DNA of 64,000 nucleotides from Chthonomonas calidirosea (GTDB lineage Bacteria; Armatimonadota; Fimbriimonadia; Fimbriimonadales; Fimbriimonadaceae): NCBI GenBank assembly GCA_945859975.1, contig CAMAPH010000008.1, positions 1 to 64,000 of the forward strand, read 5' to 3'. Shown piece by piece: positions 62,691 to 64,000 of this stretch (position 1 is its first letter; each line of letters starts with the position of its first letter). The notes under the pieces were generated by a model. It saw only the letters and a program-made list of their open reading frames with translations, ran no database searches and was not told where the DNA came from. The position numbers and the translations under genes were made by a program.

Positions 62691-63560
62691 CTACTGGACG
62701 CTCTCGCTAGCCCAATTAAAGCCCGCGGCCCTAAAATCGATTCGCCGGCCATTCGCGTCTTCGCAGGTCTCTCTGCCGCACGGGTGAAGCTGGTTGACGG
62801 AAGCCGAATCGGCATGGCCATCGAAGTAGCTCACATTGGATCGCGTTCCAAAGAAGCCCTTAAAATTTTTGCCCCAGTAGTTGGCCATCGCTGGCTCCGT
62901 ATCCGAGCCGTGCTCGCAATTGCCGTCCACACAACCACCGGGCCATTGGGTTCCGATTGATGGGAAGTCGCTCCACATGGCCACTTTGGCGATGTTTGCG
63001 ATTCTTGCTGAGCTCTGCGTGATGCCTAGATCGACCGCCGCAATGGTGAGCGGGTCACCCCAGTGAGGACCGATGCAAGTAGCCCCACCCGCACGCTCCG
63101 TGAGAGAGTCGTTCCACTGGTAATCCAACGGTGGATAGACGTCGGCGAAGAACTCCTTTCGACCAAGGGCCGACTTTGCAATGTTTCCCACGCAGTTCGA
63201 GCTCGGATCCTCCATGAAATTCCCAAAGGGGTTGTTGCCTTGGCGTTGTTGCCAGGTTCCAATGCCAAATGGTGAGACGGGATTTTTGAAGATTGATCGA
63301 CTCTTCGTGTACGGTATGAATCGAGCCGCGTTGGCGTAAAAGTCGGGCCAAGGGCAGAATGGAGTCGTATCGTCGTGGTCGCTGCTGTACAGCAAAGCGC
63401 CGACCGTGGACTGCTTCAAGTTCGAGAGATCAACTTCTTTTTTTGCGGCAGATTTTGCTTGTGCCAGCACGGGAAGCAACATGCCTGCAAGGATCACCGT
63501 GATCGCCATAACGACGAGCAGCTCGGTGAGTGTGAATCCTCGCTTCAAATTTCCTTGCAT
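62691..63560 (-). CDS. prepilin-type N-terminal cleavage/methylation protein (DUF1559 / H-X9-DG type)
   Basis: GFTLTELLVV, LLPVLAQAK, LSNLKQ, NVSYFDGHA. Confidence 0.88.
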   Translation of the reverse strand: MQGNLKRGFTLTELLVVMAITVILAGMLLPVLAQAKSAAKKEVDLSNLKQSTVGALLYSSDHDDTTPFCPWPDFYANAARFIPYTKSRSIFKNPVSPFGIGTWQQRQGNNPFGNFMEDPSSNCVGNIAKSALGRKEFFADVYPPLDYQWNDSLTERAGGATCIGPHWGDPLTIAAVDLGITQSSARIANIAKVAMWSDFPSIGTQWPGGCVDGNCEHGSDTEPAMANYWGKNFKGFFGTRSNVSYFDGHADSASVNQLHPCGRETCEDANGRRIDFRAAGFNWASESVQ

Positions 63561-63734
63561 ACCGCGGTGCCCCAAAACTTAGTGATTTGTATATCACAAA
63601 TTTCAAGGCAGTCACGGTCACGGGAAAGGGAAAAAGCCTAGCTTCGGATTTCCGTGCGATTCGTACCTTGATTTATAAGTCTTATTGAGCTTCGAATCGT
63701 CTGCCCGCCATTGAAAACGGGCAGTTCAGTTCTG

Positions 63735-64000
63735 TTAGCCGCCACCCGGAACGGGGGCTCCAGAATTTGAGTTGAGGACATCCTTGGCTTTTACACCACT
63801 GTCAGCCTCAATTTTCGCGTACTCCTTTTCTTTCTCGGCCTGCGGCATCGGGCTGCTCGCGATCGCTCGAATCTTGTCTTCTGGGGACATTCGCGCGATT
63901 GCGTTTTTAGCGTCATCGCCAGACATGCCTGCGGGGGCATTTCCAGCGTCGCATCCCGTGACAGCGCCAATTGCGGCAACTGCCAAGAAAGCTAGAGCAA
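63735..64000 (-). CDS. small lipoprotein, start outside the window
   Basis: Frame open to the window edge; ALAFLAVAAIGAVTGC lipobox. Confidence 0.65.
   Translation of the reverse strand, partial: ALAFLAVAAIGAVTGCDAGNAPAGMSGDDAKNAIARMSPEDKIRAIASSPMPQAEKEKEYAKIEADSGVKAKDVLNSNSGAPVPGGG

Overview
Bacterial chromosomal window, mostly housekeeping genes. The gene set (a PafA-type Pup/UBact ligase, a prepilin-like H-X9-DG protein, an SBBP surface protein) suggests Armatimonadota/Fimbriimonadia, which is an inference. It holds a fragmented str locus (rpsL-rpsG, a separately transcribed fusA), accD-accA, aspS, nadC-birA, tRNA-Gly(GCC), dnaG-sigma70, trxA, murJ, queG, rsmA, an ogg-ligA-DUF151-rho-hpt-guaA run, mnmA, miaB, ppa and phhA. 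Most notable observations: (1) many genes have a TANNNT box 6-7 nt before the start codon, which points to leaderless mRNAs; (2) mnmA appears to start at AUA; (3) an operon pairs a nucleotidyltransferase with a kinase carrying the plant glucuronokinase-type GNPSD motif and two TIM-barrel sugar enzymes; (4) a 55-58.5 kb island of orphan ORFs has possible RHS remnants and three repeat families, including helically phased CCGAAC arrays; (5) an orphan, divergent PafA-like ligase; (6) a sigma factor with a Cys cluster next to a CxxC redoxin. No CRISPR array, rRNA or intact mobile element was found. All calls come from reading motifs by eye; no searches were run.
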